From an uncultured Spirochaetota bacterium (GTDB lineage: Bacteria; Spirochaetota; Brevinematia; Brevinematales; JAOACQ01), in NCBI GenBank assembly GCA_963768055.1, contig CAVYGN010000002.1, forward strand, positions 1,504,001 through 1,568,000: DNA of 64,000 bases, given 5' to 3'. A program made the translations under genes and the position numbers. Below the pieces are notes generated by a model. That model searched no databases and was not told the DNA's origin. It worked only from the letters and a program-made list of their open reading frames with translations. Positions 39,627 through 49,515 of this stretch are shown here, piece by piece. The number at the start of each line of letters is the position of its first letter. Within the stretch, counting starts at the first letter, position 1.

Positions 39627-40193
39627 ATGTTAGAAGAATTTATCCAGGTTAAAAGAGAAGCAAACGAAAGAATGGACAGATCGATCCAGCACCTCAAAGA
39701 CGAATTTAAAAAAATGAGGACCGGAAGGGCCAATATAGCTATGGTAGAAGATATCCGTTTCGATTATTACGGCAATTTAACCCCGCTAAAGCAGGCTGCT
39801 TCTCTCTCTACTCCGGATCCGCACACGATAACCATAGATCCCTGGGATAAAAGCGCGCTCAAAGCAATTGAAAAAGGAATTTCTGAATCCGGTCTCGGTT
39901 TTACAGCGATGAACGATGGAAAAATCATCCGCGTGGCTATCCCCCCGCTTACCGAGGAAACAAAAAAAGATTTCGTTAAGAAAATCAAGGAGATCGCGGA
40001 AGAGATCAAAGTTGCCATTAGAAACGAGAGAAGGGATATTAACGCCCATGTAAAAAAAATGACAAAAGACGGCCATATAAGCGAGGATGACGAAAGAAAA
40101 GAGCTTGACGAGATCCAGAAGGTGACTGACAATCATATTAAGACAATCGACGATCTTATCATGAAAAAAGAAAAAGAGATAATGGAAGTTTAG
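39627..40193 (+). CDS. frr: Ribosome recycling factor
   Basis: RTGRAN, YYG..TPL, PPLTEE, KVAIRNERRD, KEKEIMEV; ATG 39627 after AGGAGG. Confidence 0.96.
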   Translation: MLEEFIQVKREANERMDRSIQHLKDEFKKMRTGRANIAMVEDIRFDYYGNLTPLKQAASLSTPDPHTITIDPWDKSALKAIEKGISESGLGFTAMNDGKIIRVAIPPLTEETKKDFVKKIKEIAEEIKVAIRNERRDINAHVKKMTKDGHISEDDERKELDEIQKVTDNHIKTIDDLIMKKEKEIMEV

Positions 40194-40205
40194 CCCTGGA
40201 GGAAT

Positions 40206-40934
40206 ATGCGTCTTTATACTTTCGATATCGATGAAAACGCACTGCCCTCGCATGTCGGGATAATAATGGACGGCAACGGCAGATGGGCCGGGAGAAAGGG
40301 CCTTCCAAGAGTCCGGGGCCATGTTAAAGGGTACGAGGTCCTGAAGAAAATCATCGAATTCAATAAAAAAATCGGGATCAGGTATATTTCAGTTTACGCT
40401 TTTTCAACCGAAAACTGGCGCAGGCCGAAGGATGAAGTGAATTTTCTCATGGAACTGGCAAGGAACCTTATCGCTGAATATACCGAAACACTTTTCAGGA
40501 ACGATATCAGGCTTCTTGTTACAGGCGTAAAAGACCACCTTGACGAGCCTCTTATCAGACTTCTCGAGGAATCGGTATCGAAAACAAGCAAATGCTCTTC
40601 ATATGTTCTCAATGTAGTTTTCAATTACGGGGGAAGGAGGGAGATCCTGGATGCCTCGAAGAAACTGGCCTCTGAATACGGATGCGGAAAAGCGGACCTT
40701 GATAAAATTGACGAAAAGGCTTTCGGGAATTACCTTTACGAGCCTGAATTGCCGGATGTCGATCTTGTAATACGGACAAGCGGGGAATACAGATTATCTA
40801 ATTTTCTGCTCTGGCAGTCAAATTATGCCGAACTGTATTTTACCAAGAAATTATGGCCGGATTTCAGGGAGAGGGATTTCTGCAGGGCTATATACAATTA
40901 CCAGGCAAGAAAGAGAAGATTCGGCGATATTTGA
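40206..40934 (+). CDS. uppS: Undecaprenyl diphosphate synthase
   Basis: HVGIIMDGNGRWA, YAFSTENWRRP, NYGGR, IRTSGEYRLSNFLLWQ. Confidence 0.96.
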   Translation: MRLYTFDIDENALPSHVGIIMDGNGRWAGRKGLPRVRGHVKGYEVLKKIIEFNKKIGIRYISVYAFSTENWRRPKDEVNFLMELARNLIAEYTETLFRNDIRLLVTGVKDHLDEPLIRLLEESVSKTSKCSSYVLNVVFNYGGRREILDASKKLASEYGCGKADLDKIDEKAFGNYLYEPELPDVDLVIRTSGEYRLSNFLLWQSNYAELYFTKKLWPDFRERDFCRAIYNYQARKRRFGDI

Positions 40935-40949
40935 AAAAAGGAGGGCATA

Positions 40950-41795
40950 ATGTTTTGGAAAAGGCTTTCCACCGTGATTTTACTGCTTCCGGTCTGCGCT
41001 TTTTTAGTATTTACCAGGTACTTCAACGGTTTGCCTGTTTTTGTAGTTGTGCTGGTCATCGCGATTATAATCGCTAATGAAATATATGCCCTTTTCGAAA
41101 AAAAGGGTTATTCCTTTAACCTCTGGCTGCATTCCCTGGCGCTTACGGCAAGTTATATAAGTTTTTATCTCTATGGAATGGGAAGTTACGATATAGGTTA
41201 CCTGTTCATCGTCCAGATCGGTATAATTTCTGTATACATTATCATCATTATGGGTATTGAATCGATCTCGGGCAGGTTTGAGAATTCCATGGAAAACATG
41301 ACGCTCCCGGTATTCAGCTATATAATTCTCGGCATCTTCATGCCCCTCCTGGGTCTTTTAAAGACAATGGATCTATCGGGCTGGCTGCTTGCAATACTCC
41401 TTGTGATAATATACCTTACGGACACAGGGGGGTGGATTTTCGGGAAGCTTTTCGGCCAGCATAAAATTAAATTCATATCGAGTCCTAATAAGACCCTTGA
41501 AGGTTTCATAGGGGCTGTTTTATTGGGCGTTGTCGGGGGATTAGGAATTTATATAGCTGAAATAATTTTTCCTCTCCCCTCGAAATTCACTCTTTCCGAA
41601 TTGATAATAATAACATTCGCCGTTATCTTTTCAGGCATAGTCGGCGACCTGGGCGAGTCCAGCATAAAACGATGGGCCCATTTGAAGGATTCCGGAGACC
41701 TTCTGCCGGGGCATGGCGGTTTTTTTGACCGTTTCGACAGCCTGATATTCGCAACGCCGGTATTTTATGTGCTCATCAAACTGATGGGGCACTAG
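40950..41795 (+). CDS. cdsA: Phosphatidate cytidylyltransferase
   Basis: TDTGG, SPNKTLEG, GDLGESSIKR..KDSG.LLPGHGGFFDRFDS. Confidence 0.94.
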   Translation: MFWKRLSTVILLLPVCAFLVFTRYFNGLPVFVVVLVIAIIIANEIYALFEKKGYSFNLWLHSLALTASYISFYLYGMGSYDIGYLFIVQIGIISVYIIIIMGIESISGRFENSMENMTLPVFSYIILGIFMPLLGLLKTMDLSGWLLAILLVIIYLTDTGGWIFGKLFGQHKIKFISSPNKTLEGFIGAVLLGVVGGLGIYIAEIIFPLPSKFTLSELIIITFAVIFSGIVGDLGESSIKRWAHLKDSGDLLPGHGGFFDRFDSLIFATPVFYVLIKLMGH

Positions 41796-41865
41796 GGAAC
41801 GGAACCACAGATGGGCACGGACTACAGACCTTCGGCATAGATCGGGTTTAATAACCCGGGGCAGG

Positions 41866-41985
41866 ATGATGCGGGCGGCTGAAGCGTTAAAAAATGACAT
41901 GATTGAAGCCATAGAGGCGGAGTCAGATGTAAATATTGTGGATAAAGAGGGAAAAACGGTATTGTTTAACAATATGTCTCTATAA
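41866..41985 (+). pseudogene. Single ankyrin-repeat remnant
   Basis: Own translation: MMRAAEALKNDMIEAIEAESDVNIVDKEGKTVLFNNMSL*; compare NVNIADKDGKTAL in 50214-50921. Confidence 0.5.
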
Positions 41986-42012
41986 AAACCAAATTGTGGA
42001 GGAATTGCAAAT

Positions 42013-43350
42013 ATGAAATCAATAAGCTCCCTTTTCGTTTTACTATTTATCAGCTTCGTTCTTGTTTCCTGTGCCGAACAGAACGCATTGACAAAAGAAA
42101 ATCAGGACAAGGAATCGGATACAAATGTAAATGCATCTTTCCTTGAAAAGCAGGAAACAGAAGCGGATATTACCGTCAAGCATAAGATACTTATAACGCC
42201 TTTTGAATATGTATCCACAAACTCGAAATACTCAAATCCCGAGATTTACAAAACGATTATTTTCTCTTCATTCTATAATCTGTTTTCAGTGCTTCCAACA
42301 ATCGACCTTCCTGATAAAAGCGAACTTTTAAGTTTGAATCCTTCCGATGATACTATTTCAAACCTGGCAAATAAGTATCAGTGCGATTTCATCGTATTCG
42401 GGGATTATGGCCTCAAAGGCGACAAATCAAAACCGAACGCAGTCATAAACCTTAAAATATGGAATAAATTATCGGGTGCTATTATGACAGACAGCATAAC
42501 CACACCCACCGACATCGACCTTTTCGATGCCATCGATTCCCTTATGTCAAAGATGGTCAGGACAATGCTGAATGAAGAAATGAAGATAGCATATCTTAAT
42601 TTCAATAATTTCGACACAGGCAACGAAAACATCGGTATATTTATCAATCACAAACTTGTTGCCGAGCCGATTTCAAATAATTTCAAACTCAGCATGAAAA
42701 TATTATCAGGTAAAAAATATAATGTCAGCATCAGAAGAATGTTCGACGGTAAACTTCTTTCGGGCGCTTTCACCAACTTGAAGCCCGGGGAAACGATGAA
42801 TTTCAGCGCCACGAATTACAGGGTGAATCTTATAAAAAATGGTGAATTTGATAAAGTAAGTGAAGCCTTATATCTCAAAAATACCGGCGACGCATTTGAT
42901 ATTATTCAAAAATTATTTGAGCCTGAAGATATAGGTAAATGGCATTTAATAACAATGGATAGTGCTGAAGCCGAGGTAAAAATTGAAAGCGGGAACTGTT
43001 ATATCAAGATAAAGAATTGCGGCCTTTATTGGAATTCCATGGTCTTTGATATTGCCTCTGTTAAAATTGAATATGGTAAAAATTATCGTCTTTCTTTTAT
43101 GGCAAAATCTACTGATATCCGAGAAATTGGATTAAAAATTGGCAGGCATGGGAACGGTTGGTATAATTATATTGGTATTAATTATCGAGATCGGCCTAAA
43201 TATTTTCCCATAAATACAGAAATGAAGGAATACAATTGTATATTCAAGATGAATTATTTAACAGATGAAAAAGGATATTTAGAAATTTTCCTTCATGATT
43301 CCACAAATGATGTTTGGATAAAAAATGTAATGGTCGAAGAACTGGATTAA
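42013..43350 (+). CDS. Lipoprotein with C-terminal CBM4/9-like carbohydrate-binding domain; paralog of 18276-19844
   Basis: Lipobox LVSC; N-terminal half aligns with the 18276 ORF (PTDIDLFD, GKKY.V); C-terminus NLIKNGEF..GKNYRLSFMAKS..DVWIKNV. Confidence 0.78.
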   Translation: MKSISSLFVLLFISFVLVSCAEQNALTKENQDKESDTNVNASFLEKQETEADITVKHKILITPFEYVSTNSKYSNPEIYKTIIFSSFYNLFSVLPTIDLPDKSELLSLNPSDDTISNLANKYQCDFIVFGDYGLKGDKSKPNAVINLKIWNKLSGAIMTDSITTPTDIDLFDAIDSLMSKMVRTMLNEEMKIAYLNFNNFDTGNENIGIFINHKLVAEPISNNFKLSMKILSGKKYNVSIRRMFDGKLLSGAFTNLKPGETMNFSATNYRVNLIKNGEFDKVSEALYLKNTGDAFDIIQKLFEPEDIGKWHLITMDSAEAEVKIESGNCYIKIKNCGLYWNSMVFDIASVKIEYGKNYRLSFMAKSTDIREIGLKIGRHGNGWYNYIGINYRDRPKYFPINTEMKEYNCIFKMNYLTDEKGYLEIFLHDSTNDVWIKNVMVEELD

Positions 43351-43550
43351 AGAAATCTTAAAAAAAATTCCTTTTTCTCCATCTTAGCCAATTCGCATAT
43401 AATATCGATTCATTTCGCCAATATTGGTCAAAATAGCATTACGCTTACACCTTCAAAATGTAAAATCGGCTGACAGTAAAGCATTTTTTCAAGGCCGCCC
43501 CCCACGGGGGCAAGTGTTTAAATGTGCCGAAGGATCTGCGGTTTCAATTC

Positions 43551-44321
43551 CTAGTAGTATCCCCTTTTAAATATTAGTCCGCATGCCGGGACCGGAGATC
43601 TGTATTCAACAGGGAAAACGATTTTATCATTTAAGGCGTCCCTGACCATTTCAAGGCTTATATAGCCGTATGAGTAATTCAGGCAGGTTGAAACGATCGA
43701 CCTTATCATGCCGTTCAGAAAACCGCTTCCCTTTATGAAAAAAACGCACCTCACGCCTATCTCGGCAACCCTTAAATAATTTATACGCCTTTTAAAATTA
43801 ATATCGCTTTTGTAACCGTAACTGAAATTCTTGAATGAATGTTCGCCTGTGAAAACCCTGCAGATTTCCCGCAGCCTGGATATATCTATTTCATCCTGAA
43901 CAACATAAGAATAGCGGGAATAAAAAGGCAGCCATCTGGAAGACAATTTATCCAGCCTCGGAATTACAATTATAGAATATATATATTCCCTTGCCACGGC
44001 GGAAAACCTCGAATGAAAGTCATCCGGAGCCGGGATGGCGCTGTGTATGCGGATATCCCCAGGCAGCCTGCGGTTGAGTATGTATGAGAGTTTTTCTGCC
44101 GGAAGGGATGTATTATTAATCCTGAAATTGGCGGTATAGTAGACGGCATGAGCTCCGGCATCAGTCCTGCCTATGCCGGCAACTTTTACATGTTCCCTGA
44201 AAATTCCGCTAAGAGCTTTTTCGATTTCACCCTGGATGGATTTTGCGTTTTTCTGCTTCTGCCAGCCTGAATAAGAACTGCCGTCGAAGCTTAATGTAAT
44301 TTTTAGATTGATCTCTTCCAT
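43551..44321 (-). CDS. truA: tRNA pseudouridine(38-40) synthase
   Basis: FDGSSYSGWQKQ, GRTDAGAHA, FHSRFSA..REY.Y, GFLNGMIR. Confidence 0.93.
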   Translation of the reverse strand: MEEINLKITLSFDGSSYSGWQKQKNAKSIQGEIEKALSGIFREHVKVAGIGRTDAGAHAVYYTANFRINNTSLPAEKLSYILNRRLPGDIRIHSAIPAPDDFHSRFSAVAREYIYSIIVIPRLDKLSSRWLPFYSRYSYVVQDEIDISRLREICRVFTGEHSFKNFSYGYKSDINFKRRINYLRVAEIGVRCVFFIKGSGFLNGMIRSIVSTCLNYSYGYISLEMVRDALNDKIVFPVEYRSPVPACGLIFKRGYY

Positions 44322-44328
44322 GATGCGG

Positions 44329-44691
44329 TCAAAATGAATTAACTAATCGTGTTATCAGCTTATCGAAAATATTCAAATCCGGAACACTTGACGAGACTTC
44401 TTCTTTTTGCACTTTTTGATTTTCTACAGGGACGATTATAACATCCTGCATCGTTATAGGTTTTCCCATGGAGGAATAATCGTATGAAGAAAGCCTTTGA
44501 AGCTGTGCATCTATGCCGAGGCTGAGTTCCATTTTTTGGGCATTGAGGTTTTCAATTTCTTTCTGGATATCCCTGACCTTGAAATCATATTCCCTGGATT
44601 CAAGACGCTGTTCTACAAGTACGAATAAAAAACCGGTAAATAAAATAAAAATAACTGCGATCTTAAGTCCGGAAAAGCCGGATTTATTCAT
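44329..44691 (-). CDS. FtsL-like bitopic coiled-coil protein
   Basis: One TM segment then a coiled coil; sits immediately after rsmH, the usual ftsL position. Confidence 0.5.
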   Translation of the reverse strand: MNKSGFSGLKIAVIFILFTGFLFVLVEQRLESREYDFKVRDIQKEIENLNAQKMELSLGIDAQLQRLSSYDYSSMGKPITMQDVIIVPVENQKVQKEEVSSSVPDLNIFDKLITRLVNSF

Positions 44692-45586
44692 TAGTTATCC
44701 CTCTTTTTTCAATGACCCTCAACTTTGCGCTTCGCGACGCCCTGTTCGTCTTCAATTCTTCCATCCCAGGAACAACAGGTTTTTTAGTCAGTATCGAAAA
44801 CCCTCCTTTTTTTTCAAGTTCCTTGAAAGAGTTTTTTACGATCCTGTCTTCAAGCGAATGATAGCTTAGAATAACAAGTCTCCCGCTGTCCAATAGATTA
44901 TCGACAAACCCTGGTATAAAACTTTCGAGAATTTGCAATTCTTTATTAACATAAATTCTAAGGGCCTGAAAACTTTTTGCGGCAGGATGAGTTTTTCCGC
45001 CGATCCTAGGCTTTTTAGCCCTCATAATAACGCCGGCGAGTTCCGCCGCGCTTTTATAAGGGCGGTTCCTGACGATTGCTGCGGCAATTTTCCTGCTCTC
45101 ATATTCCTCGCCATAGATATATAATATATCGGCTATTTCTTTTTCACTGAATTTGTTTACGACATCCCTGGCGTCAAAGCCTGTTTCCAACCTATTGTCA
45201 AGCCTCATCGAGAGTCCTTTCGGATCTGTATAGCTGAAACCCATGCTGTTTTCTCCAGTCAGGTGAAAAAGTGAAATTCCAAGGTCCGCTAATATTCCAT
45301 CGACCTTTGATATTTTTTCTAAAGACATAATGTCTGAAATTTTATCGAATGTGTCTTCGTAAAAAGTAATGTTTCCGTATCCTGCCAGTCTTTCCCTAGC
45401 CCTTGCAAGAATAGGCGCGTTCCTGTCGATGCATATAAGCCTGCCTGCAGGGATAAGGGGGGCTATGAGAGCCGAATGGCCTCCTTCGCCGCAGGTTGAG
45501 TCAATGATTATACTGTCCTCATGGAGATTCAGATATCCGATCACTTCATTCGGCATTACCGGCGTGTGATAAATTTTATCAGGCAT
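44684..45586 (-). CDS. rsmH: 16S rRNA m4C1402 methyltransferase
   Basis: HTPVM, DSTCGEGGHS, DLGIS, FQALRIYVNKEL, YHSLEDRIVK, SRSAKLR. Confidence 0.96.
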   Translation of the reverse strand: MPDKIYHTPVMPNEVIGYLNLHEDSIIIDSTCGEGGHSALIAPLIPAGRLICIDRNAPILARARERLAGYGNITFYEDTFDKISDIMSLEKISKVDGILADLGISLFHLTGENSMGFSYTDPKGLSMRLDNRLETGFDARDVVNKFSEKEIADILYIYGEEYESRKIAAAIVRNRPYKSAAELAGVIMRAKKPRIGGKTHPAAKSFQALRIYVNKELQILESFIPGFVDNLLDSGRLVILSYHSLEDRIVKNSFKELEKKGGFSILTKKPVVPGMEELKTNRASRSAKLRVIEKRGITNE

Positions 45587-45590
45587 CTGG

Positions 45591-48056
45591 TTATTTATCC
45601 TTTCTTACAGTGTTCTGAAGTTTAAGGAACATTGTAATTTCATTTCCGGTGATGTTATATCTGACTTTATCCATCACCTTTTTGACTATATAAACCCCTC
45701 GCCCGGATGGTTTTAGAAGATTATCGTCTTCCAGAGGGCTCGGTATGTTCCTGAAATCAAAACCTATTCCTTCGTCCTTGACCTTTATCACTATCCAGTT
45801 AATAAAAATCCGATAAATTATCGTAACCCTTTTCTGTGAACCGGACTTGTTCCCATGTTCCACCGCATTGATCATCGTTTCATAAAGTGCCGTATAGATT
45901 TTCCAGTTTTCTTCTTCGTCCAGGGGTACAATCTTATTTATACTTTCAGAGATCTTGAGTATGGCGTTATCTATTTCGAGAATATTGCTGGGTATGGAAA
46001 GAAATTTTTTATACCTCAATTCTTTATTAAGAATAATCAAAAGCATACTTATATCGTCGTCGGCGAATTGAGTAGAAGTCTTCAGCATTGTCATATATAT
46101 ATTATTAAGGATATACCTGGTACGGAGCTGAAGACTCTCATCGAAGATACCCATTAGATCTTCTATACGCGTCATCCGGTTGCCCTTCCTGAATGAGAGA
46201 ATTCCATCAGTAAAAAGAAGGATCTTGCAGTTTTCAGGAAGGCTTATCTTTATCCTCGCGTTATCGAACGGAACATTTTTCCTTACTCCGAGGGGGTATG
46301 TTATCCCCTGAAGAGTGGATATTTCTCTGGTTTTATCGTTATAAAGAACCGGGAAGGGATGTCCGCAATTTATATATTCAAGAGTACAATCCGACAAATT
46401 GACGATTCCGTAAAATAGGGTGATGAATTGATCCTCCGGCAGTATTTTTAGAAGGGCGAGGTTCAGATATTTTACAATATCTTCGATCTGCTGGCCCTCT
46501 TTCCGGGAATATTCGACCAGCATTTTCAGCATCGAGGTAAGCAGAGACGCCGATACTCCGTGCCCTGAAACATCGGCCATTATAATGCCTATGTGATAAT
46601 CGTCAATCTGCAGGATATCGCAAAAATCCCCGCCGAGCTGGGTCGAGGGCTTAAAGAAAGTTTCGAAGCGGATGAGAGAGGAGTAGACAGGGGGGATCGT
46701 CAGGACATGGTTCCATATCCTTTTGGCAGTTGCGAGTTCCTCCTCTATCAGATTCGTTTTTTCAGCAAGCTGGGCGTAAAGCTTATTTTCAAGGCTGATA
46801 TCCTGGAATGTCGCCTCGATAAGTTCTGCGTCTCCAAGGATTATTTTTTGAAGGTGGGCTGAAAAGACCCGTTTCCCCTGGTCGTTTCTGAGGCTGAATT
46901 TCAGGAGCAGGAAGTCCTGTTCAGGTATTTTGTTGGCCATTTCCCTGAAATTGTTATCAGGAATATTGAAATAATTCTGCAATAACTCCCCCTGGAGCTT
47001 ATCGGCCTCAGAAAATCCCAGAGAAGCTATAAAATTGTCGTTTACGAAATAAATGATCCCTTCCTGATTTATAATAGCCAGTCCGATAGGAAGTTCCTTT
47101 AAAAACTTTTTATATCTCTCCTCGGAAGCCTCGAGTTTTTTAAGAAGAAGATATTGAAGGGATTCGTCCAGGAGTATAAATATACCCCCCTTAATAATTC
47201 CTGTGTGGCTGTGAAGCGGCATTCCGTATATCTTAAGATTTTTATTGCCGTATAATGAGTCTTTCTCAAGCGTATGTCCCCCTATAATCTTGGCAAACAC
47301 GGACTTGTCGATTATCTGGTTAATTTCTTTTAGGCTGCCGGATGAAAAGGTTTTAAAACTATCGTTAGACTGGATAATATTTCCTTCCCGGTCCGTAACG
47401 CAAAGCGATACCGGATTTTTAATGAAAAGCCTGTTGAGAAATTCCTTCATTTCATTAAATTCAGAGTGAAATTCCCTTAAAAATAAAAGAATATTGAAAT
47501 GACGGCTTAAAATGCCCAGGCGGTCCCGAAGTCCTGAACTATTACAGTCTTCCCTGATGAAAAAAATAACGAAATATTTTACGTTATTTATGCCCGAAGT
47601 AAAGGGGTATATCGAGGCCTGACGGAAATGATTTTTTTTATCGTGTATTTCAAGCAATTTAATAAGCGAGTGTTTTTTTAAAACCCCGGAACGGTCAAAT
47701 TCCTGAACTGTGCTGTTATCTGTATTCATGCTTAGAAGATAATCCCTGATTTCCATGTCATTAACAATTACATTACTTTTAATATTAGTAATAAAAGAAC
47801 CGTCAAAACGCAATATTACACCGCTGATAATGCCTTCGGATGCAAGAATGCCAAGCATTTGAAACAGGGATTTTTCCACATTCTGGGAAGCGGCATGGTT
47901 TTTAAAAAGAAGAATTGCCGTTTCTTCAGCTTTTTTAAGTATTTTGTCCAATTTTGTAGAATTTCGGGCCGACCTGGAACCGAATGCATAACCGGCGATA
48001 AAAGCGGACGACGAAAAGATTACGGCTATAGAAATGTATATAAGTAAATTTTCCAT
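45591..48056 (-). CDS. PAS-containing SpoIIE/PP2C phosphatase fused to an RsbW-like ATPase/kinase
   Basis: N-terminal TM, two PAS-like segments, GGDFCD, ADVSGHG, FTDGI, DDIS, then ETMINAVEHGN..DEGIGFD..GRGVY. Confidence 0.88.
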   Translation of the reverse strand: MENLLIYISIAVIFSSSAFIAGYAFGSRSARNSTKLDKILKKAEETAILLFKNHAASQNVEKSLFQMLGILASEGIISGVILRFDGSFITNIKSNVIVNDMEIRDYLLSMNTDNSTVQEFDRSGVLKKHSLIKLLEIHDKKNHFRQASIYPFTSGINNVKYFVIFFIREDCNSSGLRDRLGILSRHFNILLFLREFHSEFNEMKEFLNRLFIKNPVSLCVTDREGNIIQSNDSFKTFSSGSLKEINQIIDKSVFAKIIGGHTLEKDSLYGNKNLKIYGMPLHSHTGIIKGGIFILLDESLQYLLLKKLEASEERYKKFLKELPIGLAIINQEGIIYFVNDNFIASLGFSEADKLQGELLQNYFNIPDNNFREMANKIPEQDFLLLKFSLRNDQGKRVFSAHLQKIILGDAELIEATFQDISLENKLYAQLAEKTNLIEEELATAKRIWNHVLTIPPVYSSLIRFETFFKPSTQLGGDFCDILQIDDYHIGIIMADVSGHGVSASLLTSMLKMLVEYSRKEGQQIEDIVKYLNLALLKILPEDQFITLFYGIVNLSDCTLEYINCGHPFPVLYNDKTREISTLQGITYPLGVRKNVPFDNARIKISLPENCKILLFTDGILSFRKGNRMTRIEDLMGIFDESLQLRTRYILNNIYMTMLKTSTQFADDDISMLLIILNKELRYKKFLSIPSNILEIDNAILKISESINKIVPLDEEENWKIYTALYETMINAVEHGNKSGSQKRVTIIYRIFINWIVIKVKDEGIGFDFRNIPSPLEDDNLLKPSGRGVYIVKKVMDKVRYNITGNEITMFLKLQNTVRKDK

Positions 48057-48202
48057 TTTATTATTAAAAGTTTTGAAATTTTATTCTAAAATACCGTCTT
48101 TGATTAATCAACTTTTTCTATTGAGAGAGGGAATATCGAGGCAGGTTTGTTTTTTTTTCTTTTTTAATTATATTTTATAAAAAAGGTAAGGAGGGGGCTG
48201 GT

Positions 48203-49069
48203 ATGCGCAAAATAAGAAAGGTCGTTAAATCCTCGAGAAGCGTGCCGACTATCGAGGGCGCAGGGGTCCATTTGAAACGGGCTTTCGGTTTTTTCCAGGA
48301 AAAAGAATTCGATCCCTTCCTTTTACTTGATGATTTTCATTCGGATAATCCTAGCGATTACACGGCAGGTTTTCCCAGGCATCCTCATAGAGGTATTGAG
48401 ACCGTGACTTATATTCTCCATGGTGAAGTGAAGCACGAGGACAGCCTTGGTAACAGGGGCACTATCGGTCCCGGGGGAGTCCAGTGGATGACCGCTGGAA
48501 GCGGAATTATCCATTCGGAAATGCCGCAGGAACAGCCGGATTATCTTCAAGGCCTCCAGCTCTGGATAAATCTGCCCGGATCGCTGAAAATGACCCAGCC
48601 GCGTTACAGGAACATCGAAAAGGAACAGATACCGGAAATATGTTCGGATAGCGGTATAATAATAAAGGTTATTTGCGGTAAGTATAACGGCATACCGGGC
48701 CCCGTCATCAATCCGTATGTCAATGTCGAATATCTGGATGTATGGATGCCGGTCAATGGAATGTTTATAAATATTATACCTGGAGATTATAACGTTTTCG
48801 CATACATTGTCAGCGGAGAGGGATTTTTTGACGAAGATGAAAAGGAGAAATACGGGCCCGAAAGCCTGGTAACATTCGGGAAAGGTGAAGAAGTCAGGAT
48901 CGAGGCCCGCAGCATAATGGAGTTTATGCTTATTTCGGGCAAGCCTTTGAAGGAGAAGGTAGCCTGGCGGGGACCTATCGTCATGAATACCCGGGAGGAA
49001 TTGGACACCGCTTTCAATGAATTGCGGGAAGGAACATTTGTGAAAACGGAGAAGATCATCGGGGTGTGA
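48203..49069 (+). CDS. Pirin family protein
   Basis: DPFLLLD, GFPRHPHRGIETVTY, QWMTAGSGIIHSE, QLWINLP, GPIVMNT. Confidence 0.95.
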   Translation: MRKIRKVVKSSRSVPTIEGAGVHLKRAFGFFQEKEFDPFLLLDDFHSDNPSDYTAGFPRHPHRGIETVTYILHGEVKHEDSLGNRGTIGPGGVQWMTAGSGIIHSEMPQEQPDYLQGLQLWINLPGSLKMTQPRYRNIEKEQIPEICSDSGIIIKVICGKYNGIPGPVINPYVNVEYLDVWMPVNGMFINIIPGDYNVFAYIVSGEGFFDEDEKEKYGPESLVTFGKGEEVRIEARSIMEFMLISGKPLKEKVAWRGPIVMNTREELDTAFNELREGTFVKTEKIIGV

Positions 49070-49100
49070 GGAGGCCGTTCAAACCGCCGGGCGATCGCGA

Positions 49101-49508
49101 TTATTGGACGAAAACAGAATATGCAATGCATACCCCGGAAGAATCAAGAACCTGCTCCGTCGTCCCGTTCCAGTAACAGGCTTTGACGTTATGATCACAT
49201 CCCGCCGTATACACATTGCCGTTATAGACAAAAATAGATTGTGCGGACCCTCCTGAAGAATCGAGGACCTGCTCAGTCGTCCCGTTCCAGTAACAGGCCT
49301 TGCTGTTATGATCGTAACCCGCCGTATATATACTGCCGTTATAGACAAAAATGGATTGCGCCTTGCCCCCGGACGCATCAAGGACATGCTCGGTCGTCCC
49401 GATCCAGTAGCAGGCGCTGTTGTTATGATCGTAACCCGCCGTATATATACTGCCGTTATAGACAAAAATAGATTGTGCGTATCCTCCTGAAGAATCGAGG
49501 ACCTGCTC
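49101..49508 (-). pseudogene. Headless 3' fragment of a beta-propeller repeat protein (117-bp / 39-aa tandem repeats)
   Basis: Period is exactly 117 bp (49138, 49255, 49372, 49489). The minus frame reads EQVLDSSGGYAQSIFVYNGSIYTAGYDHNNSACYWIGTT-like x3 then SVFVQ*; no start codon upstream. Confidence 0.8.
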
Positions 49509-49515
49509 TGATGAT

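Noticed and set aside
49079..49490. Three tracked ORFs over the 117-bp repeat, or a CRISPR-like array
   Set aside because: The units have no unique spacers, and the protein-like frame is an untracked headless minus frame.
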